Source: Guillardia theta CCMP2712 (Eukaryota > Protista > Cryptophyta). Taken from it: a DNA stretch of 64,000 nucleotides. Below, one piece after another: positions 35,937 through 47,779 of this stretch; position 1 is the first letter of the stretch, and every line of letters starts with the position of its first letter. The stretch spans positions 479,741-543,740 of the forward strand of contig NW_005434656.1 in assembly GCF_000315625.1 (NCBI RefSeq). Direction: 5' to 3'. Both the position numbers and the translations under genes were made by a program. Under the pieces are notes generated by a model that worked only from the letters and a program-made list of their open reading frames with translations, had not been told where the DNA came from and ran no database searches.

Positions 35937-38900
35937 CTATGACTGAGTCAGAGCCAAGGAAGTGAAGCTGTGCTGGAGGAGGCGTGGAAAGAGAGGAGGA
36001 GAGGGGAGAAGATGCCAAGGGTGGGGTGAGGTTTCCGGAGAGTAGAGCAGAGTAGGGTAGAGGACAGGACAGGACAGGTGATGGGGAGAGCAGAGGCAAG
36101 GGGAAGGGGAGGGAGAGGGGGTGATGGGAGGTATGGTTTCACCTCTTGGGACTCCTTGATATAACCCTGGAGCTCTCGTCGCATCTGCACCTGCAGCAGG
36201 TCAGGCCTGCAAACAGCTGGGGTTTCTCACTTTGTGAGCCTGCTGGGCGACATGGTCGAGGACCATCCCCTCTGCGATCCTCTCGAGGAGCTGACGCTCC
36301 TGCTCGACCTGCTGGCTGCCTCAGAGACGCTGAAGGGGCGGGGACAGATGTGAAGACAAAGACCTTCATCAGCTGCTTCGACTTTTTCATCTCCGCTCGC
36401 TGCTTGATGTCCTCTAGGTAGCTGGACCGCATGATGCTGGCGACATCCTTCTGTGAACCGACAAGTGGTGAGACAGGAAGGGCAGGACGAGTGAGGGATA
36501 AAGAGTGAAGATACTTGATATTGGTCCATCCATAGAGCAGATCGACCGTGGGGCAGGCTTGAGGGATCTGCGACTTGCGTGAGCATGGAGAGTAGACATG
36601 GAAGGAGAGAAGGACGGACATAAAGTTGTTGGAGCCTTCTGAAATTCTCGCTCATGCCGATTTCTCTCCAGTTTGTCCTCCACCTATGAATGAAGTATGA
36701 GGGCGGGGGGAGGAGAGAGGAGCGTGTTCCTGCAGCTTTAGGAAGTCTAGTCGCTGTCGCTCAAGCGTATGTCGCATCTCCCGCTGCCACAGCGTCAGCC
36801 TCATTGACTTTTCGAACTTGCCCGCTTTGATTTCACGATCCTCCCTTCACTTCCTCCTCGTCATCGTGTTCCCACACTTCCCGTTGCCGCCTCCTTGTCT
36901 TCGCCCTGCCCTACAAGCTCTCTTCACCTGCATACTCGCCGCATACTCTGCTTGTTTTCTCCTCTCAGCAATCTCATCCTCATGTGCCTTCTCCATCTCG
37001 ATCTGTGTAGGGTTCAGACAGGGGACATGCAATCAAGCATGTCAGGACAAGGACCTTGCGGAGGAGCGACTGCTGATAATGCTCTCTCGCTCGTCTTAGG
37101 GCTTCGTTCCGAGCGAAGTTGATGTCTCCTGCTACTTCTCACGCTCGTTTCCTCTGGTGCCTCCTGCTCACCTTCTTCCTCCGGTAATGTCAGCATCACT
37201 TCCCCGTCTTCAGACCTCAGCGTTACGCTCCCATCCCTGCCTCACGGTCATCAAAGGCTGCTTCCTCTGCCTGCTCTCTCGCCTATGATGATGACGTCGA
37301 TGTTTCCGCTTGGAGCTCGACGAGCTGGCGACGGATGTGAAGGAGGAGGCGACGCTGCCGCCACGAGACTCCTGAGGGTCACGTGCTGTTGATCTCTTGC
37401 TGAGGTTCGTCTCGAGTCTGTCCCCTGCTACTCGTCACAAGCAGAAGCGGACAGGACAAGAACCTGTGGTCAGCGCAGTCCTGGCTTGCGTCCACGGATT
37501 GTTCTATCCCGACGTCAAGGAAAGAAGACAGAAATGGGGAGGAGGAGGATGACGGGAAAGGGGTAGGAGGAGGGATGGGAGAGGCGAAGAGACCTTATTA
37601 TCCTCTGGCCACTGGCTGGAGGATTCGAGATCGCGCGTCAATTTGACAGGAGGACAGGAGGAGGACTGCGGCCTTGTCAGCAGCGTCTCTTCTCTCGTGC
37701 CTCCTCGACTTCGGCTCACCGTTCCCTGGCGTCTCGTCTGCCTCGACTGTCCTGTAGCTGCTCGCTTCATGATTGCCGGCTTCACTGCCCTCTGCTCCTC
37801 CTGCTGAAGGGATGTGGGTGGATAATCAGCTGTCTTCCTTGTTGCTTCGGTCGCGGAGCCAACGCACACGAGGGGAGAAGCAGACGACTGCTTCTGATCG
37901 CCATGGTCGCTCCGTCCTCCTCTACCTCCCCGCTCACTCTTGTTGGGTATGCGTATCGCACCAGAAGGAAGTCGCAGGCAGTCTCTTCCTGGTACGGTCT
38001 CTGCGTGGATCGGCTTTGGGATGAACCAATACTTCTTACCCTCTGCCATTAACTTTCCGCAGGACAACAGCAGCTCTTGTCGCTCACCGCTGCAAGCTCT
38101 GCTGCCAAACGTGCTCCACATCTCACGGACAGCGCTCTCCGCCACGCTCTTGTCCACTCCAGCTCGCCTCGCAACCTCAACAAACGACACGTCCTTGCTC
38201 TTCCCCCATTCTCGTTGGTTGGAACCTAAGCTCATCGTGATCCCTCGCAGCCACTTCCCCTGCAGCTCGTGGCGCTTAGAGGAGAGAAGCTGCGAGATCT
38301 TTCCGATCTCTTCCCACACCTGCCGCGTGTCAGCCGATCTGAAGTGACTTCATGCCAAGCTCCCCAACCGCCAGCAGTCGCTTGTCCTTCTTGTCTCGAG
38401 CCTTGAGCATGGCCTCTTCCTGTCGCAGCTTTGCCAGCTCTTGCTCGAGCTGTAGCTCAGCGTCTCCGCCCGCTTTCTTGGTCCGGGTCTTCTCCGCGAG
38501 CTGATACGAGCCGGTGAAGCGATCTGCGAGAACGAGCACCTGCAGGAATTTGAGCTCTCCAACCCCCACGCCCTCCTTCAGACCATGTCGACATTGGGAT
38601 GACCGTGAGGCGTGACAAGGCGACTGGCAGGATACGCGAAGGAGCCATCGAGGTGCCGTTCACCTCCTTCGTAGGTCTCGTTAATGATGATCTTGAAGAC
38701 CTGAGGGAGATCAGCAGACGACACGAGGCTGACGGCACTCACGTCTCTCAGTCGTATGCTTCTTCTCCGCTTGATGTCGTCGAGAAGGACCTCATTAAAG
38801 ACCCTCCAGATCTCTGCTTTCGCTTTCTCTTCCTTCTTCTTCCTCTCTATCGCCTGGTCGCTGCCCCGCATCTCCTCCTCCTCATTTCCTCTGGTTCTCT

Positions 38901-39006
38901 GCGTCTTTGTCTCTCTCTCCTCTTGTCCCTCCTGGTCTCTGTCCTCCTCTGTCCTCACCTCCCTCACCTCCCTCACCTCCTTCTCTCCTCCTCCTCCTCC
39001 GCTCAT
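35937..39006 (-). CDS. CCDC81: CCDC81-like protein (HU-like domains + coiled coil), multi-exon
   Basis: IWRVFNEVLLDDIKRRRSIRL and SFVEVARRAGVDKSVAESAVREMW...CGKL resemble the CCDC81 HU domains; coiled-coil C-terminal exons; 3' end uncertain. Confidence 0.55.
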
Positions 39007-39234
39007 CTTCCAGCGCTGACCCTGAGGTTCAACGGACCAGCACAGTACCACCCCTACAGGGTGTGCACCCCAACCACCTCCCTTCCTGTGACGACCCCCT
39101 TTACAAAATGAATTTACCCACCCCTTGATACACCCCTACCCCCCATCAGGAGTCTCAACACCCCATCGAAAACCGATCAAATCCCAGGCCGTTGAATTTA
39201 GGGGGAAAGTCTCGTTTTGACTAGGAGGAAGGGT

Positions 39235-39899
39235 GACGATCCTCGACCTCATGCAGGAGGGAGGGAGACGATCCTCGACCTCATGCAGGAGGGAGGGAGA
39301 CGATCCTCGACCTCATGCAGGAGGGAGGGAGACGATCCTCGACCTCATGCAGGAGGGAGGGAGACGATCCTCGACCTCATGCAGGAGGGAGGGAGACGAT
39401 CCTCGACCTCATGCAGGAGGGAGGGAGACGATCCTCGACCTCATGCAGGAGGGAGGGAGACGATCCTCGACCTCATGCAGGAGGGAGGGAGACGATCCTC
39501 GACCTCATGCAGGAGGGAGGGAGACGATCTTCGACCTCATGCAGGAGGGAGGGAGACGATCCTCGACCTCATGCAGGAGGGAGGGAGACGATCCTCGACC
39601 TCATGCAGGAGGGAGGGAGACGATCTTCGACCTCATGCAGGAGGGAGGGAGACGATCCTCGACCTCATGCAGGAGGGAGGGAGACGATCCTCGACCTCAT
39701 GCAGGAGGGAGGGAGACGATCCTCGACCTCATGCAGGAGGGAGGGAGACGATCCTCGACCTCATGCAGGAGGGAGGGAGACGATCCTCGACCTCATGCAG
39801 GAGGGAGGGAGACGATCCTCGACCTCATGCAGGAGGGAGGGAGACGATCCTCGACCTCATGCAGGAGGGAGGGAGACGATCCTCGACCTCATGCAGGAG
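39235..39899. repeat. 32-bp minisatellite (GACGATCCTCGACCTCATGCAGGAGGGAGGGA) x ~21
   Basis: Near-perfect tandem copies with no spacers. Confidence 0.95.
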
Positions 39900-40021
39900 C
39901 ACAGGTAAAGTACTGGGCTGCAGGAAGAGGCGTGTGCGGTGCTCGATAACCTGGGAGGGGTGAATGCGATGGTAGGCTATAGTTGAAAAGAAAAAGAATA
40001 ACAGTAACGACTTCCGGCTCG

Positions 40022-42365
40022 TCAAGTTCTAACTAAGGGCTTCCGAAGGCCCTCATGCTCATAGGGCAGCATCATGCTCAGGATCTGCAAGGGGTGGGTC
40101 AGACCTCGAGGGCTGAGAGGAGACATCGACCTCGTCCTCTCTCTCTCTCGGGCTCATAACGTGAGAAATCATCCGCTCCCTGCCAGACAACCCGAATCAT
40201 TGACTGTGCCACAAGCCCGATCAGCACCTCAATTTCTTCTTCGTCTCTTCCGCTTTCTGGTGTTTCTTCAGGGCCAGCAGATAAAGCTTGTTCAAGCTCT
40301 GCGTGCTCAGTATCTGTCCGATCAGAGATTTCGCTGGGCTCTCACCCTCTCCCTTGTTTTCTTCAGGCGCTTGGTTCCTCATTCTCCGCAGTGCGGGGCT
40401 GTCGGCAACCAGCAAGAGACTTTTTACTGCTGGGCTGACCGTGTTGAACTTGGACGACGCATGACCTTTCTTCATCACACCGAAGCCAACAGGAGCCCAA
40501 GGTCTTGTCCGCAGGCTCTCGAAGGCAGGGAGGCTGTTGCTGGAACGCTGAGGCCGGAGGCTGTCGATGAAACTTCGTCCAGGAGGTGCAGGCAGCGGGT
40601 AGTTCAAGTAACCGTCGGGGTCGAGAAGCTTCTCAATGATCTCATCGATCATATCCAGCACGTTCACTTCCTCCTGTTCGGCATGTCAGTCCCAGCGCCG
40701 CCTGTCTGACGTCGCGTCACCATCGGGTTGACGAAGAGGAAGGAGGCTGCGTTGCGGAACACAGTCTCTAACACAACCCGGATAAGCATGAGGTAAATGG
40801 GAAAAGCAACCAGCTTCTGCGCGCGTTTCATCATGTGACTTTGAATTTCCATCCATCCACCAAATATCTTGAGCAGCAAATTCTCAATGTCCTTGTCCTG
40901 CTTCTGTGGAGGACTTCTTGGTCGATCATCAACCTTGATTTCATTTGCTTCTGCAAATTCAATCCAGCTTGAGAAATGTGAAGAACACAACCAGCAATTA
41001 CCGTCACCCTTGCTCCCTTTGAACAAGATGGCCCATTCACAGAATTCACAGACATCAAGTATCAGCTGTAGTCAAGAGGTCTCTTCAAATCCTCGGCAGG
41101 TCGCAATTCGATTTTGGTCACCTGTGCTATTTCCAGTCCAGTAAGCTCTGTCACCAAAAGAGCCATATCCTGATAGAAGCAATCACGAGAATCAAGAGAA
41201 TCCACTTGTGTACAACAAACCTGTGACGAAAGCCTTTCTTGAATGTGTGATAGTGGAAACGTATGGACAAACATAGTTTGTAGCGACAAGATGTCATCCA
41301 TGGTAACCTTCCAACTATGTCACGAACCAAAGACCATGAACCACAACCACCTGAAGGCCGTGAGCCTCGGCTGATGAGGTTGAGCTCTGTGAATAGAGCT
41401 TGACCTGCACCTCTCGCGAATATCAGTATCACCGAACCACCGCAGGAGAAGATGACATGTTGATGGCTTCTCCTGCCTGAAACGCTCCTTGCACTCTCCT
41501 GCGAACAGTTCAGCCCTTCTTGACTAGTCAGCTTCTTTGCTACACCGGCGGCTTTCCCAATTCTTTTGCCACGGCGATTCGAGTTGCGATATCATCTCGC
41601 TTGATGGGGGAGAGAGGAGGAGGCCTGGTAGCACTCGCAACCTTTTGCATCGACAAATGCGGCAGTGCCGATTCCTTGGTCTTGGCAGCTTCTCTTTCTT
41701 GGTCGGGCCAAACGATAGATTTTACAGCCTTGGCGTCCTGGTTAACTTGTACCTCAGCATAGGTCTGTCCCAGCTTCTTGTCGAGGATCTCTGAGAACAA
41801 GCTCTTGGCTGCGTAAGGACGCCAGAGGTGCCGGCCCCTCAGCTTGGGGTTGGTCTTCTCGATGTACATCATGTCCTCCAGCCCCCCCTTGGATTTGTAC
41901 GCTGCTTTTAATTTGAGGTGGTTCAAGGGAATCTCAGACTTGACTCGGCGGATGTTCGATTCGGAAGGCGTCACGCCAATCGATTGAAGATACTTGACTG
42001 CAAATTCATTGATCAAGAGAGACTTCATTTTCTGGACTTGTTCTTCTTTTGGTGGTTCATCAACTTGTTTTAGAGGAATTGCACACAGAGAGAAATCCTG
42101 TAACCTGTGCGACATTATCTGAACCAAAGTTTCCAGGGTATCAGGAAGTTTCAATGTCGGATTTGCTGCACCACACGCTTCGGTTCAGCAAGCCAATCAA
42201 GTGAGACAGCTCGAGCTGGATCAACTCGAGCTGGACGACATGAGGGTGCAGTTAGAAGCATCTCAGAGAGTGCATTCGTTCTGGTCGTCGCTCGGATCCT
42301 CTGCCACGACGTCGCTCGACTTCTTCTGCTTTGCCGCCCATGCCCAACGGCTCAGCTGATACCAT
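40022..42365 (-). CDS. Hypothetical protein, multi-exon
   Basis: Coding-like ORFs 41540-42154, 40664-41026 and 40221-40667 with short introns; no family confidently recognised. Confidence 0.6.
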
Positions 42366-42444
42366 AGACCGTTTTAAGTCGTTTCCAAGTCGTTACAATG
42401 ACGTTATGCTACCGCAGGTGATTTTTAAGTTAACTTTGTTGATC

Positions 42445-42830
42445 CTACCCCACCCCCTACCCCTGCCTCTCATACCACCCTCTAGTTCTCGTTGAATGCG
42501 ATGAATACACCCAGACAGGTTTCAGACCCCACCCCTCATTTACCACAATTCTGAGGTCTAGTACCCCACAATAATCCACCCCACCCCCTATCAAGGGTGC
42601 AGAAATCCTCCTGTACCCCATAATGGTCTGCACCCCCTTGTCTCCCCTTGCAACAACCCCTGAGCACCACCCCCTTGTGAAACTCACCACCCCTATCAAT
42701 GTATACCTCACCATCTTTTTTGACTACCCCACTATTCCACATCATCTACCCGGTACTTTGAAAGCACTCCCATTACCCCCACCCACCTCTTCATTCTGAC
42801 TACCCCACCCATAGAGCTCTCAATCCCCGC
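42445..42830 (-). promoter_or_regulatory. Strand-biased GGGGT/GGGTG-rich tract between divergent genes (putative promoter, G4-prone)
   Basis: More than 15 ACCCC/CACCC motifs on the plus strand; similar tracts lie upstream of other genes. Confidence 0.4.
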
Positions 42831-42841
42831 GCTCCTTCACC

Positions 42842-44931
42842 ATGCGTGCAATGCGTTTTCGCCCATGCATCGACCTGCACAATTCAATCGTCAAGCAGGT
42901 GAATCCTCCTCTTATCCTCCTCCTGCATTCCTCTACCCTCCTCTTCCCCTCCTCTCCCCCTCCTCTTGCATTCCTCTATTCTCCTCTCTTCGTGCATTCC
43001 CCCTCGCACTCCATGTTCATCCCTCCCTCTCCCCTCAACCCCTTCCCTCCCTCCTTCTTTGCTCCTTGTTTCTCCCCCTCCCTCTCTCCAGCTAATTTCC
43101 CCTCCTCCCTCCATTCCTCCTCCCTTTAATCCGCTTTTCCAATCCTCCTCGTATCCAACTCTCCCTCCTCTCTGCCTCCTCCCGCTTATCCATTCTCTCC
43201 ATTCTCTTTATGTCTCTTTGTCGTTCATCAATACTCTTCGTTAATACTCGTCGTCCCCTCACTTCGTTATCAATATCCCTCTGCTTCCTCCTCCCCGTCT
43301 CCACCGCTCCTCTTCGTTCTTCCATTCCGCACGTCTGTCCACTTCCTCCCTTCCACGTCCTCCTTTCCTGCTTCAACATGTTCAGCCCCTTCCTCACTGC
43401 ACGATACACTTACTGCAATCAAATCTTCTTCACGATACACTTACTGCAATCAAATCTTCTTCACGATACACATACTGCAATCAAATCTTCTTCACGATAC
43501 ACATACTGCAATCAAATCTTCTTCATGATACACATACTGCAATCAATTCTTCTTTTTTTGCCCCAACCAGTTTCTGTTCCTTTCACGATCTGAAGCAATC
43601 TCGTGATCTGAAGGAATCTGAACCTCATCCAAATGTCTGTAGAGTTCTTTTCCCCCTTTCGCTTTTACCTTTTCTTTTCGGTTTTTCTTGTGGCCAGCGC
43701 TGACTGTGGGTTAAGATTGTTGGAGGAACGCTTGCAGATGGCAAGGAGCCAACCACCAACTTTACCTCTTCTTTGTCCGCGAAGGAGTATGCGGTATGAG
43801 GATACGTCAATCGTGTTTGCCGTTCGATAGTGATGGCTTGCAACCAACAGGAGAAGTACAAGAAGGACAATCTCCCTGGAGGCCATGTCATCATGCTAGG
43901 CCCAGGAAATGACGAGGCTGCACTTTCTGCTCTGCAGGCCTACCCTGGAGGCCTGCAAATCGGCGGAGGCATTAATCCATCGAATGCTAAACAATGGTTG
44001 GATGCGGGGGCTTCACACGTCATTGTTACCTCTTACATCTTTGAGAATGGAAGTTTGTCGATGGAGAAGTAAGGCTGAAGCTTGGTAACTCTGTCATGTA
44101 AAGCAATCCTGTACCAGGCTGAAAGAGCTGTTCGCCGTGACTGGAAAAGACAAGCTGGTATTCAGCAGATGAGTGTGCCTTGCGCATGAATGAGAGAGCT
44201 GTGTTAGGTCCTCGATCTCAGCTGTCGAAGGAAAGAAGATGGGAAGTATTACGTTGTGACTGATAGATGGCAGACTTTTACTAATCTCGAGGTCATCATG
44301 TCGACGCATGTGACAAAGTATCTGACCCATGGAAACCTCTAGGTTAATAAGGAAACAATTGATATGCTCTCCGAATATTGCGCCGAATTCTTAGTTCATG
44401 GTGTAGATGTGGAAGGAAAGAGAATGGGTATTCTAATTCTTGCGGTTGGTGTCCATAAGCTGAAATGATATCAGGTATTGAAGAGGAATTGGTTCGATTG
44501 CTAGGCGAGCACTGTAGCATTCCATGTACTTATGCTGGTATCGCATCGTTGTCTCGTCCTCGAAGTCTGAGAGATGAACAGGAGGAGCTGATCTTCTTAG
44601 CGATCTTGATCGTGTGAAGGCTATGGGTAAGGGAAAGGTCGACTTGACTATCGGGAGGTATGCCAGGTGTTAGGTTGTGCGATGTCATTTCGTGACGTGA
44701 TTTACAGCTCTCTGGACATCTTTGGAGGTCCCATCAGGTCAGGCTGCATTCTCGAGTTTTTGGTCGACTGAACGTGGCGCTTGCAGCTACGATGCTGTGG
44801 TGCATTGGCAACGTCAGCAGGAGGCAAGAGCGTCGGGAGAGGTCGTTACGGTCTTGTCGTCACGCGCCACTCACAGAGATGTTTGGCAGGCTAAGGGAAT
44901 GTTTGGAGGATTCGGCCGAACATACAGTTAA
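42842..44931 (+). CDS. HIS6: ProFAR isomerase (HisA, eukaryotic HIS6/HISN3 type), multi-exon
   Basis: [79 protein letters not shown]. Confidence 0.92.
43400..43552. repeat. 31-bp tandem repeat (CACGATACACWTACTGCAATCAAATCTTCTT) x ~5 in HIS6 intron 1
   Basis: Direct read. Confidence 0.9.
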
Positions 44932-45050
44932 GGCGTTTGGTCGAGGAATTTCGCGGTCTCTTATTATACCCTCGATAGACTATGCGATAGAAAAATCTCA
45001 TAAGGATCGATTGCTGATCCTCAAATAGACTACAACTCATCGAAAGGCCA

Positions 45051-47380
45051 TCACTGTTGATCTGAACGAAACAACTTGTAGAGGGTCTGCTGACTCTGAT
45101 TTCCTGGGCAATCACGCTTGAAACGCTTGTTTCTACCGTTTACCTGAGGACGAAACAGTTGAATTTCATGGCGACCAAAGAGAGCGTCTCACCTCAACAA
45201 GAAGGCAATCAGTCTCATTAAGACCGCACTTGATCGACATCAGATCCGGATGGTCCCCACAAGAGGCCATGGAGGTTCTCAATCGGGTGACGATTGTCAT
45301 CACTCTCGAAAACACGTCATCTTTGCGGTCACCGTCTGGCAGGAGGGTCAAGGAATGGAACGAGCTCAATGGGGTCAGAGAGGCTTCACCTTGATCCACC
45401 AGCTCCTTGACGATGATGTCCCCAGCTACTGCAACGAGAAGCTTGATGGCAGACCACGACATCTCCTTGTCTCGCAAGAAGCAGGAGGATCGCACTTTGT
45501 CCACTCGCAACTCTTCTAACAAATTCATCGTCTCCCCTATCGTCATATTGACAGCTTTGTTGATGGTTTCTGCAGAAATGATACGCTGAATGCAGTCTGA
45601 ACAAAGGACCTGACGCAATTCTTCGCCTCGGGTTGATACAGGGAGGAAGTTTTGGATGATGAGACAAATGTTATCTGTTCTTTTCTCGTCGAAAAGCTGA
45701 GTACAAATAGCAGACGAGATTCGATGCCTGATTTGCGACTTGGACCATTCTTGTTCAGAAATGCTCTCTAACAGAATTTTGAAAGTTTTCTCAAGAGCGG
45801 TGATAATGCAAGAGCCTCTCTGGGTGTGATGGTGACAAGTCATACTGTCTGTATCCTGTACAAGATCCTCCACACCAGAATCTGTCCTGATGCTGCAAAG
45901 AAGCATAGCCCAGTTTACGACATCATCATCAGACAAGCTAAGTTTGCTGTCAAAACATGAGATGCCATCACATCAGGTTTGAACACGTTTACCTGTGTTC
46001 AAGGCAAGCTTGCAATATCCACAAGAATGGTAAGAGATGCTTCATCAACACAGATGTGGTCGAGCCTGTTGATGCTTGAGCTATCAGCGCATCTTGCGTC
46101 ATTTGCGTACCATCAGGATATTTGAAACGACAATTGGCAACATGCAGATGGGAAAGGAGCATCGGCTCCCCTTCCTGTTTGAGTTCCACCATGGTCTCAT
46201 CGCCATCATCCACCAGCTCTCCTTCCCACCACTTGCCTCCTTTCTTCACCTAACACCGATTTCAATGCCTCTCCTCATACCGCATCTCATTCACCTCCAC
46301 CACGCCCACTCTCGTACAGCGTTCTTGACGGCGAGACTCGTCGACTCTTTTTTGCCAGGAGGAGGGGAGACACTCGGATCTCTGCCGAAGCACAAGGATG
46401 AGATCGATGATACCTCGAGCATCACAGCACCAGTCCGTATCGTATGAGCGCATGAACCAACTCATCTTGGCACCTGATCTGCGTCAGACACGAGGCGGGT
46501 GCTCCAGACAGAAACCGGACGCTGTCGCTAGAGGCTAAGGTCCTCTCGAAAGCCTCCATGGCTCGCCAGCTCACCAGCTCGCTTCCATGGAGCAGCTACG
46601 AGTCAAGTCAAAGGCAGCACGAGGACTGACTTCATGCCACTCACCGCAAGTTGAGCAAAGAAGTCGCAATGCTGGCTTGAGGGACCACATGCCAATTGAT
46701 GATCCAACCATATTATCAGGTCATCCGTGCTTTGCATGAGGGAGGCAAACTGACGTGAGGGATGTTGGTCGTGAATTCGATCGAGGGACAAAGGAGGAGC
46801 TGGTAGAAACATGGAGACTAACTCGGCCTCAGCACCAGCCACACTCGATAGATTCGACTGAATGGCCGACGTAAGTTCATCATCACCGTCATCTCCTCCT
46901 CCTCCTCCTCCTTCTCCTTCTCCTTCTCCACGATAAGTTCTCTTGAAATTTCTCTCCCTCTGATGATGCTCTTTGAACACCTGCCTATGAGATCAGGAGG
47001 GCCAGCAAGTCATCATGGTCAGATGGTTTCACCTTGCAGAGCATCGAGCTCATCTCGCACGCTCTCCTCGCAGACTCCTGCCTCTTCTCTCGTGCGAGAG
47101 GAACAGAAGCCCTGGAGGACCGGCGCGGGGGGTCGCGACATGGCGAAGGCAGTCGAATCTGAGGCAAAGGCGACGCTCCTGGCGAGCTGGAAGGGGAGGA
47201 GGAAGGAGACGAGAGCAACGAAGATGGTGAGGATGAGGGAGGAGAGGAAGGAGAGGGGCATGAAGGGGCTGCAGCTGCATTCTCAGTGGTGGCGGTGCTC
47301 GTGGTGGTGGTGGAGGAGGAAGGAGCAGCCGAGGATTCGCCATTGGCGGCATCGACCGGCGGAGTAGCGCTTGGCGCCAT
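45051..47380 (-). CDS. SLF2/FAM178 (Nse6-like, CANIN domain) candidate, multi-exon
   Basis: NICLIIQNFLPVSTRGEELRQVLCSDCIQRII resembles the SLF2 segment around SRGRQLRQCLS; disordered S/P-rich N-terminus; start could be further upstream (~47539). Confidence 0.5.
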
Positions 47381-47779
47381 TTCTAGCTTCAGAGCCTTAT
47401 CACAGATTTCATAGTATATGTTGGCAGATTATCGCTGTCTTCGCAACATTTCTATCGATACTCTGAGGCGAGTTTCCTTCAACTTCTGGCGCGGTTTTGC
47501 AAAAAAAGTTTCAAAAATGGCGGCAACACGAGATGGCATGGCGGAGGGAAGGGGAGGGGGAGGAGGGGGAGGGCGGAAGAAAGCAAAGGGAGGGGGAAAG
47601 GGGGAGGGAGCAGGCAAGGGGAAGGGTAGGCTGGAGATTGGAAAACATGACATCGTTGCACCCACGAACTGAATTGCTTTTGCATCGTTTTCGTGAATTA
47701 TTGACTTTCGCTTTTGACTTTCAATTCCCAGGGCTCGTGTTTTGATATGTTGCTGACGCTTCTCTGAATAACTTGAGAG

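Noticed and set aside
39235-39899. CRISPR array (32-bp repeats); likewise 60574-61279 and 59587-59878
   Set aside because: Units are directly tandem with no unique spacers, there are no cas genes, and the context is eukaryotic.
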